NCBI GenBank assembly: GCA_050692915.1
Contig: JBOGVU010000003.1
Span: 1,588-65,587 of the forward strand
Direction of reading: 5' to 3'
Origin: Actinomycetota bacterium
Lineage (GTDB): Bacteria > Actinomycetota > UBA4738 > CALAEC01
DNA: 64,000 nt
Shown: piece after piece, positions 37,611 through 49,108 of the stretch
Position numbering within the stretch: position 1 is the stretch's first letter
Layout: each line of letters opens with the position of its first letter
Notes under the pieces: model-generated
Told to the model about the DNA's origin: nothing
Databases searched by the model: none
What the model saw: the letters and a program-made list of their open reading frames with translations, nothing else
Position numbers and translations under genes: made by a program

Positions 37611-38235
37611 CCGGGTCCGACGACCTTGCCTCGGCACGGCGGGCCCGGTAGCGCCGGAACAGCCACCAGGCGATCACGGCGACGGTGATCCCGGCGATGG
37701 CCCAGCTGATCGGGTCGCCGTACCGGAGGAAGGCCTCCCAGTTCTCGCCGAGCAGGAGGCCTGCCCACGTCAATGCGAACGTCCACGGGAGACAGCCCAG
37801 GAAGGTGTACAGCGTGAACTTCCAGAAGTTCATCCTGGCGACGCCGGCCGGAAGGGAGATGAACGTGCGGATCACCGGCAGGAGCCTGGACACGAACACG
37901 GCCACCTCGCCCCGACGCTCGAACCAGTCGTGGGCCCGGTCCAGCTCGTGCTCGCGGAGGAAGATGTACCGGCCCCACCGGTTGATCAGCGGCCGGCCCC
38001 CCACGTACCCGACCCAGTACGCCAGCCACGAGCCGACCACGTTGGCGATCGTGCCGATCATCGCCACCCAGAAGAAGTCGAGATCGCCGCGGGAGACCAG
38101 GAACCCCCCGAACACCATGGTGACCTCGGAGGGGATCGGGATGCACGCGGACTCGAGCAACATCAGGACGAACACGGCCTGGTAGCCGTACTCGCCGAGA
38201 TAGGTGGTGATGACGTGCTCAAGCCACTCGAGCAT
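37576..38235 (-). CDS. DedA/TVP38 (SNARE-associated) family membrane protein
   Basis: YGYQAVFVLMLLESACIPIPSEV...FLGCLPWTFALTWAG DedA signature. Confidence 0.8.
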   Translation of the reverse strand: MLEWLEHVITTYLGEYGYQAVFVLMLLESACIPIPSEVTMVFGGFLVSRGDLDFFWVAMIGTIANVVGSWLAYWVGYVGGRPLINRWGRYIFLREHELDRAHDWFERRGEVAVFVSRLLPVIRTFISLPAGVARMNFWKFTLYTFLGCLPWTFALTWAGLLLGENWEAFLRYGDPISWAIAGITVAVIAWWLFRRYRARRAEARSSDPVTPGGTERSTG

Positions 38236-38342
38236 GGGCCAGCCAGCCTACATGACGGTTCTCGTCGCCACCGCGCGCTACCATTGCGGCCATCCGGGGA
38301 ACAAAGAAGGTGCTCAACACGTTCCATCGCTCAGCCGAAAAC

Positions 38343-38372
38343 TTGACATACTCCCCCGCCGAAGTGTAGAGA
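38343..38372 (+). promoter_or_regulatory. sigma70-like promoter for topA (TTGACA-18 nt-TAGAGA)
   Basis: TTGACA at 38343–38348, an 18-nt spacer, TAGAGA at 38367–38372, ATG at 38383. Gives a very short leader. Sits in a locally AT-richer intergenic region. Confidence 0.4.
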
Positions 38373-38382
38373 GGCGCGTTCC

Positions 38383-40716
<2,334 letters not shown>

Positions 40717-40736
40717 TGGCGGGCGCCGCGTAGCCG

Positions 40737-42740
40737 ATGGCCACCGTCTCGGAAGAGATCGCCGCCCTCCGCGGCACCAGGCCGGCCACCTTCCGCAACC
40801 TCCTCCGGGATCCGGCGTTCTCCAGGATGTACCGGGCCATCCTGGTCTCCTCGCTGGGGGACTGGATCGGCTTCGTGGCCGTGGTGGCCCTGGTGACCCG
40901 GATCGGCGGGGGCAGCGCTGGGTTCGCCGTGTCGGGCGTCATGCTGGCCCGGCTCCTTCCCTCCATCGTGTTCGGGCCGTTCGCCGGCGTCCTGGTCGAT
41001 CGGTTCGATCGCAAGCGGCTGATGGTGATCGCCGACGTGGTCCGGGGGATCGGATACGCCACGATGCCCCTGATCCCACAACTGCCGTGGATCTACGGCG
41101 TCTCGTTCCTGATCGAGTGCCTCTCGCTCCTGTGGACCCCCGCCCGCGACGCCATGATCCCCAACCTGGTGCCTCGCCGACAGCTCTCGAACGCGAACAC
41201 GATCGCCCTGGCCACCGGCTACGGGACCCTGCCGCTGGGTGGGATCGTGTACACGGCCCTGGCCGGCATCGGCGGGAGCCTGGGCGGTGGCTTCGAGTAC
41301 CTGGAGCGGAACCCCCAGGCGATCGCGCTGTGGGCCAACGCCCTCACGTTCGCGTTCTCCGCGTACATGATCCAGCGCCTGCCCATACGAGTGGCGGCCC
41401 GCCGCCCTCGCCCCGGGAAGCTGAAGGCCGGTGAGGCCTTCGCGGACATGCGGGAAGGCGTTCGCTTCCTCAAGGACCACGCCTTCGCCCGGGCCATGAC
41501 CGTGGGGATCGTGCTCGCGTTCACCGGCGCCGGAGCGGTGATGTCGGTGGGCCCGATCTTCGCCCAGAACACCCTCGGCGGTGGGCCGACCGCGTGGGGG
41601 TTCCTGGTCACCGCGGTCGGCGTGGGACTCGCGCTGGGCATGGTCCTGGTGGGGCAGGTCTACAAGCTCGTGGAGAAGGACACCTTCTTCCCCCTGGCGA
41701 TCCTGGGGGGAGGGGTCTCACTGATGGTCCTGGCGGCCACGCCGAACGTGGCCCTGGCGGCGGTGGTGACGGTGGTGATGGGTGCCACCGCCGGGGCCAC
41801 CTGGGTGACCGGGTACACGCTCCTCCACGAGAACGTCACCGACGAGCTCCGCGGTCGGGTGTTCGGCTCGCTCACGGTCCTGGCACGGCTGGGCCTGTTC
41901 CTGTCGCTGGCCGGGTTCCCCCTGCTGGCCCAGGCTTTCCAGGACTTCGACGTGGGAGGGCCTCGCCTGGCAATCTGGGCGGGAGCGGTGGTGATGATCG
42001 TGGGCGGGATCTGGTCTCGAAGCGGGCTCTCCAGGAGCCGGCTGAGCCGCCCCCGTCCGCTCCGGCTGTTCCCACGGCTCCGGAAGACGGAGCGCCGAGG
42101 GACGTTCATCACCTTCGAGGGGATCGAGGGCGCCGGGAAGGGCACCCAGGTCCGCCTCGCCAAAGAGTTCCTGGAGTCGCAGGGCCACGAGGTGCTTGTG
42201 ACCCGGGAGCCCGGCGGGACCACGCTCGGCGAGAACCTCCGGGACACCCTCCTGGAGCACGGCCAGGGCAAGGTGGACGCCCGAGCGGAGGCCCTGCTGT
42301 TCGCAGCGAGCCGGGCCCAGCACGTCTCGCACGTGATCCGCCCGGCGCTCGAGGAGGGGAAGGTCATCCTGTGCGACCGATACCTCGACTCCTCGCTGGC
42401 GTACCAGGGGACGGGACGCGGGCTCGGGGAGCAGGACGTGCTCTCCCTCAACGTGTGGGCCACCCAGGGCCTGTTCCCGGACCTCGTCGTCCTGCTCCAC
42501 CTCGAGCCTGACCAGGGGCTGTCCAGGATCGGGGGCGAGCAGGACCGGATCGAGTCGGAGGACGTGGCGTTCCACGCGAAGGTGGCCGACGCGTTCCTCA
42601 AGATCGCCGAGGACCACCCGGAGCGGTTCCGGGTGATCGACGCCAGCGGGCCGCCCGACCAGGTCCACGGTCGGGTCCAGAAGGAGCTGGAGCGGTTCTT
42701 CGCCCGGGAGGACGAGGCCGGCGGGGAGACGCCCGCGTGA
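40737..42740 (+). CDS. tmk: fusion protein: N-terminal MFS-type (EntS-like) membrane domain + C-terminal thymidylate kinase
   Basis: N-terminus FRNLLRDPAFSRMYRAILVSSLGDWIGFVAVV with about 12 TMs. C-terminus FITFEGIEGAGKGTQ (P-loop) ...REPGGT...DRYLDSSLAYQG (Tmk DRY motif region). Confidence 0.85.
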   Translation: MATVSEEIAALRGTRPATFRNLLRDPAFSRMYRAILVSSLGDWIGFVAVVALVTRIGGGSAGFAVSGVMLARLLPSIVFGPFAGVLVDRFDRKRLMVIADVVRGIGYATMPLIPQLPWIYGVSFLIECLSLLWTPARDAMIPNLVPRRQLSNANTIALATGYGTLPLGGIVYTALAGIGGSLGGGFEYLERNPQAIALWANALTFAFSAYMIQRLPIRVAARRPRPGKLKAGEAFADMREGVRFLKDHAFARAMTVGIVLAFTGAGAVMSVGPIFAQNTLGGGPTAWGFLVTAVGVGLALGMVLVGQVYKLVEKDTFFPLAILGGGVSLMVLAATPNVALAAVVTVVMGATAGATWVTGYTLLHENVTDELRGRVFGSLTVLARLGLFLSLAGFPLLAQAFQDFDVGGPRLAIWAGAVVMIVGGIWSRSGLSRSRLSRPRPLRLFPRLRKTERRGTFITFEGIEGAGKGTQVRLAKEFLESQGHEVLVTREPGGTTLGENLRDTLLEHGQGKVDARAEALLFAASRAQHVSHVIRPALEEGKVILCDRYLDSSLAYQGTGRGLGEQDVLSLNVWATQGLFPDLVVLLHLEPDQGLSRIGGEQDRIESEDVAFHAKVADAFLKIAEDHPERFRVIDASGPPDQVHGRVQKELERFFAREDEAGGETPA

Positions 42741-43873
42741 GCGAGGTCCTCCGCCGGGTCCCCGGTCAGCCCGACGCCGTGGCGTTCCTGGAGCGCGCCG
42801 CCGAGCGCCCTCACCACGCCTACCTGTTCGCCGGCCCTGAGGGGTCGGGCAAGCAACAGGCGGCCAGGGCGTTCACGGCGGCGCTCCTCTGTCCTCGCGG
42901 CGGGTGCGGGGAGTGCCGGGACTGCCGGCTGGCGCTGGAGGACCGGCACCCGAACCTGGTCCTGGTGGAGCCGGAGGGCCGGGACATCCGCGTCGGCGAG
43001 AGCGCGGACGAGGACGGCACCGCCCGGTGGCTCGTGGCCCGGGCCTCGCTCACGGCCCCGGAGCCGAACCGCAAGGTGTTCCGGGTGGAGCAGGCCGACC
43101 GGATGACCGAGGAGGCCGCCGACGTCCTGCTGAAGGCGCTGGAGGAGCCGCCGCCGGAGACCGTCATGGTCTTGTCCTCGGCCCGGCCCGACGAGATGCC
43201 GGAGACGATCCTGTCCCGCTGCCAGATCGTCACGTTCCGGCCGCTCTCGGAAGAGTTCGTGATCGCGTCGCTGCTGGAGGAAGGCGTGGACCAGGCTCGG
43301 GCCCGGCTGGGAGCCCGGCTGGCGGGCGGGAACCTCGGACGGGCCCGTCGCGTGGCCGCCGATCCCGAGGGGCTGGCCTTCCGGGACGTGGCCCTGGACA
43401 CGCTCTCGGCGAGCGCGGAGGGTCCGGCCGGAGCACTCGACGCTGCCGACCGCCTGTTGACCGCGGCCGTGGAATACCGGACCAGGGTGGCGGCCCGGCT
43501 CGACGAGGAGCTGGAGCCGTTCCTCGACCCCCTGACCGGCAAGCCGCTCGACCAGTACCGGGGCGCCATCCGGCGGATGGAGCAGCGTCATCAGCGGCAG
43601 GAGCGCCGGGCGGAGCGTGAGTTCCTCGACGCGACGCTGCTGGCGCTGGAGTCATGGTTCCGCGACGGGCTACTGGCGGGGGCGGGCGGCGATCCGGCGT
43701 GGGCCATCAACCTGGACCGGCCGGCGCCCACGATCCGGCCGGCCGAGGCCGCCCGGGCCGTGCAGGCCCTCGAGGAAGCCCGGGGCGCCCTGGCGGACGA
43801 GACGAACCTCAACGCTCGACTGGTGCTGGAGGGGGCGTTCCTCCACCTCGCCACCGCCGAGGTCGCGGGCTGA
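42737..43873 (+). CDS. holB: DNA polymerase III delta-prime subunit
   Basis: HAYLFAGPEGSGKQQAARAFTAALLC...CGECRDCR (zinc module)...ETILSRCQIV (sensor). Confidence 0.85.
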   Translation: MSEVLRRVPGQPDAVAFLERAAERPHHAYLFAGPEGSGKQQAARAFTAALLCPRGGCGECRDCRLALEDRHPNLVLVEPEGRDIRVGESADEDGTARWLVARASLTAPEPNRKVFRVEQADRMTEEAADVLLKALEEPPPETVMVLSSARPDEMPETILSRCQIVTFRPLSEEFVIASLLEEGVDQARARLGARLAGGNLGRARRVAADPEGLAFRDVALDTLSASAEGPAGALDAADRLLTAAVEYRTRVAARLDEELEPFLDPLTGKPLDQYRGAIRRMEQRHQRQERRAEREFLDATLLALESWFRDGLLAGAGGDPAWAINLDRPAPTIRPAEAARAVQALEEARGALADETNLNARLVLEGAFLHLATAEVAG

Positions 43874-43896
43874 GCGCACGCTAGACTGATGGCCGC

Positions 43897-43970
43897 GCCG
43901 GAGTAGCTCAGCCCGGCAGAGCACGCGATTCGTAATCGCGGGGTCATGGGTTCGAATCCCATCTCCGGCT
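43897..43970 (+). tRNA. tRNA-Thr (anticodon CGT)
   Basis: Cloverleaf folded by hand: acceptor GCCGGAG/CTCCGGC, D-arm GCTC-AGCCCGGCA-GAGC, anticodon stem CGCGA / loop TTCGTAA / TCGCG, T-arm ATGGG-TTCGAAT-CCCAT, discriminator T. CCA not encoded. Confidence 0.85.
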
Positions 43971-43998
43971 CGATCCCCGGCGCTCGGGGCGGCGCAGG

Positions 43999-44781
43999 CT
44001 AATCGGAGATCCGAACCGGCGTCCCCAGGGGGACCAGGCGGGCCAGCCGGGTGATGGCCGAGTTCTCCATGCGGATGCACCCGTGGCTGACCGCCTGACC
44101 GATCAGCGACGGGGCGTTCGTGCCGTGGATGGCGACCTGGCCGTCGCCTCCGGCGAACTCCTCGTACACCTCGGAGTAGGCGGACAGCCCGTACGCGAAC
44201 CGGCCGTACGGACCCGAAGGATCGTCCGGCTTGGCCAGGACCGTGGTGAAGAAGAGCCCGGTCGGCGTTGGCGCGCCAGGCGTCCCCACGGCCACCGTTT
44301 CCCGGAGGACCACGCGGTCGTCCTCGAACACGGTGAGACGCCGGGCCGGAATGTTGACCCGGATCCGGTAGGAGTGCTCCGACAGGGTCACGTCGCGGGC
44401 ACGGATCCAACCCTCGGATCCGTTCGGCTCCATGGGGAGCAGGGCCCTGAGCCAGTCGCCGCGCTCCTTCTGGACCAGGAAGACCCGCGGTTCGCCGAAG
44501 ATCCCCTGCCGCTCCAGGCGCACGAATGGGTCCCCGCCCTCCGGCCGATGGAACACCGGGACGCGGGCCACTGCCGCCTCGGCCACGACATTCCCCTGCT
44601 CCTCTACGGGCTGGGGTGGTGCGACCGGGGCCAGGTCGACGGCCGCGTAGTCGGCCTCGGCATCGCCCCGGACGGCGGGCGGGGAACCCCCGCATGCCGA
44701 GGCCACCACCGCCAGCGCGGCGGCCGCACCGAGCATCCGAGTCGTGATCCGGGGCACCGTGGTCATGGTACCGACCTTCAT
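43999..44781 (-). CDS. L,D-transpeptidase (YkuD domain), probable lipoprotein
   Basis: Lipobox AVVASAC. Catalytic SHGCIRM motif. Confidence 0.8.
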   Translation of the reverse strand: MKVGTMTTVPRITTRMLGAAAALAVVASACGGSPPAVRGDAEADYAAVDLAPVAPPQPVEEQGNVVAEAAVARVPVFHRPEGGDPFVRLERQGIFGEPRVFLVQKERGDWLRALLPMEPNGSEGWIRARDVTLSEHSYRIRVNIPARRLTVFEDDRVVLRETVAVGTPGAPTPTGLFFTTVLAKPDDPSGPYGRFAYGLSAYSEVYEEFAGGDGQVAIHGTNAPSLIGQAVSHGCIRMENSAITRLARLVPLGTPVRISD

Positions 44782-44844
44782 CGGCCTCGTGCACGGCCCC
44801 CTGGAGCGGGCCCGAAGGCGCGATTTGCTAGAATCCCGCGCGCC

Positions 44845-45831
44845 ATGCGGGCCTCGAAGACGCTCCTACTTCTGGTCGTGCTCGCGGCGCTCCTGTCGGT
44901 GTCGGGGATCGCGGCGGCTCAGGAAACCCCGACGCCGGGGGTGACGCCGGAGGAGGTGCGGGGGTGGACCTTCTATCTCTTCGCCCTTCCCATCGCCCTG
45001 GCCACGGTCGGCGTCGTCGCGATGATCGGCGTCCTCTACTTTCGCTACTCGACGCGGTTCTTCGGCCGGGAGGAGCCGCCCGCGCCGGTCAGACGCCGCC
45101 GTCCGCAGTTCGCCGGCGTGGCCCCCAGGGTGGAGCAGGTCGGTGCCGCGTCTACCACCCCGCCGGCTGCACCGGCCGCTGAGGTCCGGACCGCCGCCGA
45201 GCAGGTACCGCAGAGCCGCCCGGCGGAGACCGCGGCAGAGGCCGCCCCCGCCCCGGCGAAAGAGGAGCCCGCGCCGGCGAAGGAGGAGCCCGCCCCGGCC
45301 AAGCCCGCGCCCGCCCCCAGCCGGCCGGCCGCCAAGCACGTGGAGCCCGACCAGGCGACCTACGAGCGGGAGCTGAAGGCCCAGCTCGACAAGGGCGTGG
45401 ATCGGCGGGTGGCCGAGGGCAGAGCCAAAGCCGCGGCGGTCCGGGCCGCGCGGGCGGGGGCGTCGTCGGCCGCCGCGCCGGAGACCGCGGTCCCGGCCGT
45501 GGAGAAGGCGGAGGCGGAGACTGCCACCGAAGCGGGGAAGGATGAGGCCCCCGCGGCAAAGGAACCGGAGGTTCCACCTCCCACAGCCCCCGAGGCCGAG
45601 GCGGACCAGGCCGAGGAGGCTCCGACGAAGGTGAAGGCCCCCAGGCCGGAACCGCCGGCCCCGGCCGCCACCGAGGGCCCCCCGGTGAAGGTGCCGCCGG
45701 GAGCGGACGAGGAGACGTTCACCAGGATCCTGGAGGAGCAGCTCGCCAAGGGACTGGCCCGTCCGATCGCCGAGAGCCGAGCTCGCGCCGCGGCCGTGAA
45801 GGCCGCCCGCGAGAAGGCCGACGCGGGCTAG
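44845..45831 (+). CDS. hypothetical signal-peptide/TM protein with Pro-Ala-Glu-rich low-complexity region and two ~32-aa internal repeats
   Basis: MRASKTLLLLVVLAALLSVSGIAAAQE...AKEEPAPAKEEPAPAKPAPAP... Repeats YERELKAQLDKGVDRRVAEGRAKAAAVRAARA and FTRILEEQLAKGLARPIAESRARAAAVKAAREKA. Real part of track ORF 44083..45831. Confidence 0.5.
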   Translation: MRASKTLLLLVVLAALLSVSGIAAAQETPTPGVTPEEVRGWTFYLFALPIALATVGVVAMIGVLYFRYSTRFFGREEPPAPVRRRRPQFAGVAPRVEQVGAASTTPPAAPAAEVRTAAEQVPQSRPAETAAEAAPAPAKEEPAPAKEEPAPAKPAPAPSRPAAKHVEPDQATYERELKAQLDKGVDRRVAEGRAKAAAVRAARAGASSAAAPETAVPAVEKAEAETATEAGKDEAPAAKEPEVPPPTAPEAEADQAEEAPTKVKAPRPEPPAPAATEGPPVKVPPGADEETFTRILEEQLAKGLARPIAESRARAAAVKAAREKADAG

Positions 45832-45833
45832 CC

Positions 45834-46889
45834 GTGGCGGAGCAGGCCGGTCTCCTCGACTGGGACGCCGCGGCCGGGATCGGGAAGCGGTTCGCCGGCC
45901 CCGGCCCGCCGGTCCGCCCCGCCGAGCGCGCCCGGATGGCCGAGGAGTTCGACGACGTCGTGGCCGAGGCCGACGGCCTGGTCACCGAGTTCACCGGGCT
46001 GGCCATCGAGGGCCCGCCCTCCCGGCCGTGGGTGATGAACAGGCGGGAGTGGATCGAGCAGAACCTCCGCGGGTTCGAGCAGGTGCTGGAGCCGGTGGCC
46101 CGACGGCTCCTCGGCCGGCGCATGGACGGGACCATGGCCCCGGTGCGCCGTCAGCTCCTGGCGTTCCAGGTGGGCGGCATCCTCGGCTACCTGGGGCGGA
46201 AGGTGCTCGGGCAGTACGACCTGTTCCTCCCCCCGGACGACCGCGACCTGATCTACTTCGTCGGGCCGAACGTGGTCGAGCTCGAACGGCGGTTCCGGTT
46301 CGGCCGCCTGGACTTCCGGCTGTGGCTCTCCCTGCACGAGGTGACGCACCGGGTGCAGTTCGAGGGGGTGCCGTGGCTGCGGCCCCACATCACTGAGCTG
46401 ATGGGCTCGTACCTGGGGACCATCGACCTCGACGCCCGCAAGGTCCTGGAGCGGCTCCGCCGGGTCAGGGAGGAGCTGCGATCGGGCGCGGCGGGCGAGT
46501 GGCGTGACCTCGGGGTCCTGTTCGCGCTCATGACGCCGGAGCAGCGAGACACGTTCCGGCGCATGCAGTCCCTGATGTCCGTCCTCGAGGGACACGGCAA
46601 CTTCGTCATGGACCGCCTGGCCGACGGCCGGATCCGCGCGGCTGCCCGGATGCGACGGATCCTTCAGCAGCGGCGGCACCGCAAGGGGTTCAACCGCATG
46701 GTCCAGCGAGCCGTCGGCCTGGACGTGAAGGCTCGCCAGTACGACATCGGCGAGCGGTTCGTGGCCGAGGTCGTGGACCGGGCGGGCCCCGAGGGGTTCG
46801 CCCGGATCTGGGAGCGAAGCGAGCACATGCCCAGCCTGGAGGAGGTCGGGCGACCCGAAGCCTGGATCGAGCGGGTCGCGGCGGCGTGA
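45834..46889 (+). CDS. zincin-like HExxH metalloprotease-family protein (DUF2342/COG5282-like) upstream of tilS
   Basis: LSLHEVTHRVQFEG HExxH motif. 351 aa. Confidence 0.6.
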   Translation: MAEQAGLLDWDAAAGIGKRFAGPGPPVRPAERARMAEEFDDVVAEADGLVTEFTGLAIEGPPSRPWVMNRREWIEQNLRGFEQVLEPVARRLLGRRMDGTMAPVRRQLLAFQVGGILGYLGRKVLGQYDLFLPPDDRDLIYFVGPNVVELERRFRFGRLDFRLWLSLHEVTHRVQFEGVPWLRPHITELMGSYLGTIDLDARKVLERLRRVREELRSGAAGEWRDLGVLFALMTPEQRDTFRRMQSLMSVLEGHGNFVMDRLADGRIRAAARMRRILQQRRHRKGFNRMVQRAVGLDVKARQYDIGERFVAEVVDRAGPEGFARIWERSEHMPSLEEVGRPEAWIERVAAA

Positions 46890-47947
46890 CGCCGGTCGGC
46901 CGGGGCCAGCCGCCCGCCGTGGCCCGGGTCCTCCAGCGGCTGGTGACCACGGCCCGTCGGCACGACATGCTCCCCGCCGGTGAGACGGTCGTGGTGGCCT
47001 GCTCCGGGGGGCCGGACTCGATGTGCCTCCTCCACGCGCTCCACCGTCTCCGCCGGCTGTTCCAGATCCGCCTGGCGGTGTTCCACTTCGACCACGGGCT
47101 TCGCCCCGGCTCGGACCGGGACGCCGCGTACGTAGCCCGGCAGGCGGACCGTCTGGGCCTCCCGTACCACGGGGCTGTGGCTTCCGACCGGCCCCCGCGT
47201 GGCGCATCCGTGGAGGCGTGGGCCCGCCTGGCCAGGTACGGCGCGCTCACCCAGGCCGCCGGCGAGCTCGGCGCAGGGCGGGCGGCCCTGGGCCACACCC
47301 TCGACGACCAGGCCGAGACCGTGCTCCTCGGCCTGGCCCGGGGCGGCGGGCTGGATGCGGTCGCCGGGATGCCGGCCGTGACCTCGATACCCCCGCTGGG
47401 CGTCACCGGGGTCCGCCCACTGATCGAGACCACCGGGGTGGAGACCAGGGCGTTCTGTCGGGCACTCCGGATCCGGCCGCGGAAGGATCCAACGAACCTT
47501 GACCCTCGATTCCTCCGGAACCGGATCCGGCTGGAGGCCCTGCCGGCCCTGGAGGAGGCCCTGGGGCGGAACCTCCGGGCCACGCTGGCCCGGACGGCCG
47601 AGCTCGTCCGTGGCGACGCCGAGTTCCTGGACGCCCTGGCCTCCGAGGCGGCCGGCTGGGTCACCGTCGTCGGTGACGATGAGGTTCGGCTCGACGCCAG
47701 CCGGCTGGCCGCTCTGCCCCGGCCGATCGGCGCCAGGGTCGCTCGGGAGGCTCTCCGCGTCGCCGCGGCCATGGGGGGCCAGTGGGAGCCCGAGGCCGGG
47801 TCGACCCACGTCCTCGGCCTGCTCGACCTGGCATCCGGCGGCGTCGGTCGCCACCTCGATCTACCTGGCGATTTGGTGGCCGAGCGGTTGACGGGGTATG
47901 TTCGCATCTCTTCCCCCTTGAGCCCGCGCAGGAAGGGGGAGCGGTGA
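46886..47947 (+). CDS. tilS: tRNA(Ile)-lysidine synthetase
   Basis: PP-loop VVVACSGGPDSMCLLHAL. Confidence 0.85.
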   Translation: MTPVGRGQPPAVARVLQRLVTTARRHDMLPAGETVVVACSGGPDSMCLLHALHRLRRLFQIRLAVFHFDHGLRPGSDRDAAYVARQADRLGLPYHGAVASDRPPRGASVEAWARLARYGALTQAAGELGAGRAALGHTLDDQAETVLLGLARGGGLDAVAGMPAVTSIPPLGVTGVRPLIETTGVETRAFCRALRIRPRKDPTNLDPRFLRNRIRLEALPALEEALGRNLRATLARTAELVRGDAEFLDALASEAAGWVTVVGDDEVRLDASRLAALPRPIGARVAREALRVAAAMGGQWEPEAGSTHVLGLLDLASGGVGRHLDLPGDLVAERLTGYVRISSPLSPRRKGER

Positions 47948-48546
47948 CCACCAGCACCAGGCGATCGGCCGATACACTTCTCAGCCACGTGGCGGAGTTC
48001 GAGCAGGACATCGACCGGATCCTCATCACCGGCGACGAGGTTCAGTCGAAGATCCGCGAGCTGGGCGGCCGGATCACCGAGGACTACCGGGGGAAGGACC
48101 TCCTCCTGGTCGGGGTGCTCAAGGGCGCCTTCGTGGTCATGGCCGACCTCTCCCGCCACATACGCCTGCCCCTCCGGTTCGACTTCATGGCGGTCTCCTC
48201 GTACGGCGCCTCCACGAAGACGTCCGGGGTGGTCCGGATCCTCAAGGACCTCGACCACGACATCGAGGGGATGCACGTCCTCCTTGTCGAGGACATCGTG
48301 GACTCGGGGTTGACCCTTGCCTACCTGCTGAAGAACCTCCGGGGCCGGCGGCCGGCCACCCTCGAGGTGTGCGCGCTGATGCAGAAGCCCGAGGTGCAGC
48401 GGGTGGACATCGACATCAGGTACAAGGGCTTCGAGATCCCGCCGGTCTTCGTGGTCGGGTACGGGCTCGACTTCGCGGAGAAGTACCGGAACCTCCCGTA
48501 CGTGGCCACGCTGAAGCCCGAGGCGTACGAGGGCCTGGTCGGATAG
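47944..48546 (+). CDS. hpt: hypoxanthine-guanine phosphoribosyltransferase
   Basis: GTG start overlapping the tilS TGA as GTGA. PRPP-binding motif VLLVEDIVDSGLT. Confidence 0.9.
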   Translation: MTTSTRRSADTLLSHVAEFEQDIDRILITGDEVQSKIRELGGRITEDYRGKDLLLVGVLKGAFVVMADLSRHIRLPLRFDFMAVSSYGASTKTSGVVRILKDLDHDIEGMHVLLVEDIVDSGLTLAYLLKNLRGRRPATLEVCALMQKPEVQRVDIDIRYKGFEIPPVFVVGYGLDFAEKYRNLPYVATLKPEAYEGLVG

Positions 48547-48586
48547 GGGGGAACCGGCGGGCCCCCCCACCCGTCGTACCGAGGAG

Positions 48587-48979
48587 ATGCCTCGAGCCGC
48601 CGTCCTCGCGCTGACCCTCGCCCTCGGCTCGTGCGCCGGGCCGGGTGACCCTGCCGCCGAGTCGGCGGGGTCGGGGATCCGGGGCCGGGTGGTGATCGTC
48701 CCCACGTGCCCCGTGGAGACGGTGGAGTCCCCCTGCCCCCCGAAGCCCGTGGCCACCACGGTGGGAGTCGAGTCGGAGGACGGCGACCTCCTGCGGGTCG
48801 AGACCGAGACCGACGGCACCTTCCGGGTCGGTCTGTCGCCGGGCCGCTACATCGTCAGCGCCCAGCCACCCCCGGGCACGTTCCTCGTCCCGGTGCCTGG
48901 GTTCGTGACGGTCGAGGCCGGCGGATACCGGCGGGTGACGGTCATCCTCGACTCCCGTCTGCGCGAACCCGCCGGCTGA
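48587..48979 (+). CDS. lipoprotein with carboxypeptidase-regulatory-like beta-sandwich domain
   Basis: Lipobox LALGSC, then GRVVIVPTCP...DGTFRVGLSPGRYIVSA. Confidence 0.45.
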   Translation: MPRAAVLALTLALGSCAGPGDPAAESAGSGIRGRVVIVPTCPVETVESPCPPKPVATTVGVESEDGDLLRVETETDGTFRVGLSPGRYIVSAQPPPGTFLVPVPGFVTVEAGGYRRVTVILDSRLREPAG

Positions 48980-49108
48980 CCACGCCCAGGCGGGCTTGTC
49001 GAGGGCCTGTGCTACCATCGGCGCAGGTCGGGGAGCGCGGCCCCGCGAACGCAGGTCCCGAAAGGAGAATCCCCCACGAAGAGCGGCGAATTCAACATCC
49101 GTCGGCTC

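Noticed and set aside
43897-44781. tRNA-Thr as an integration hotspot with adjacent mobile element
   Set aside because: No integrase, no direct repeat of the tRNA 3-prime end, and the flanking genes are core (holB, L,D-transpeptidase). No GC shift.
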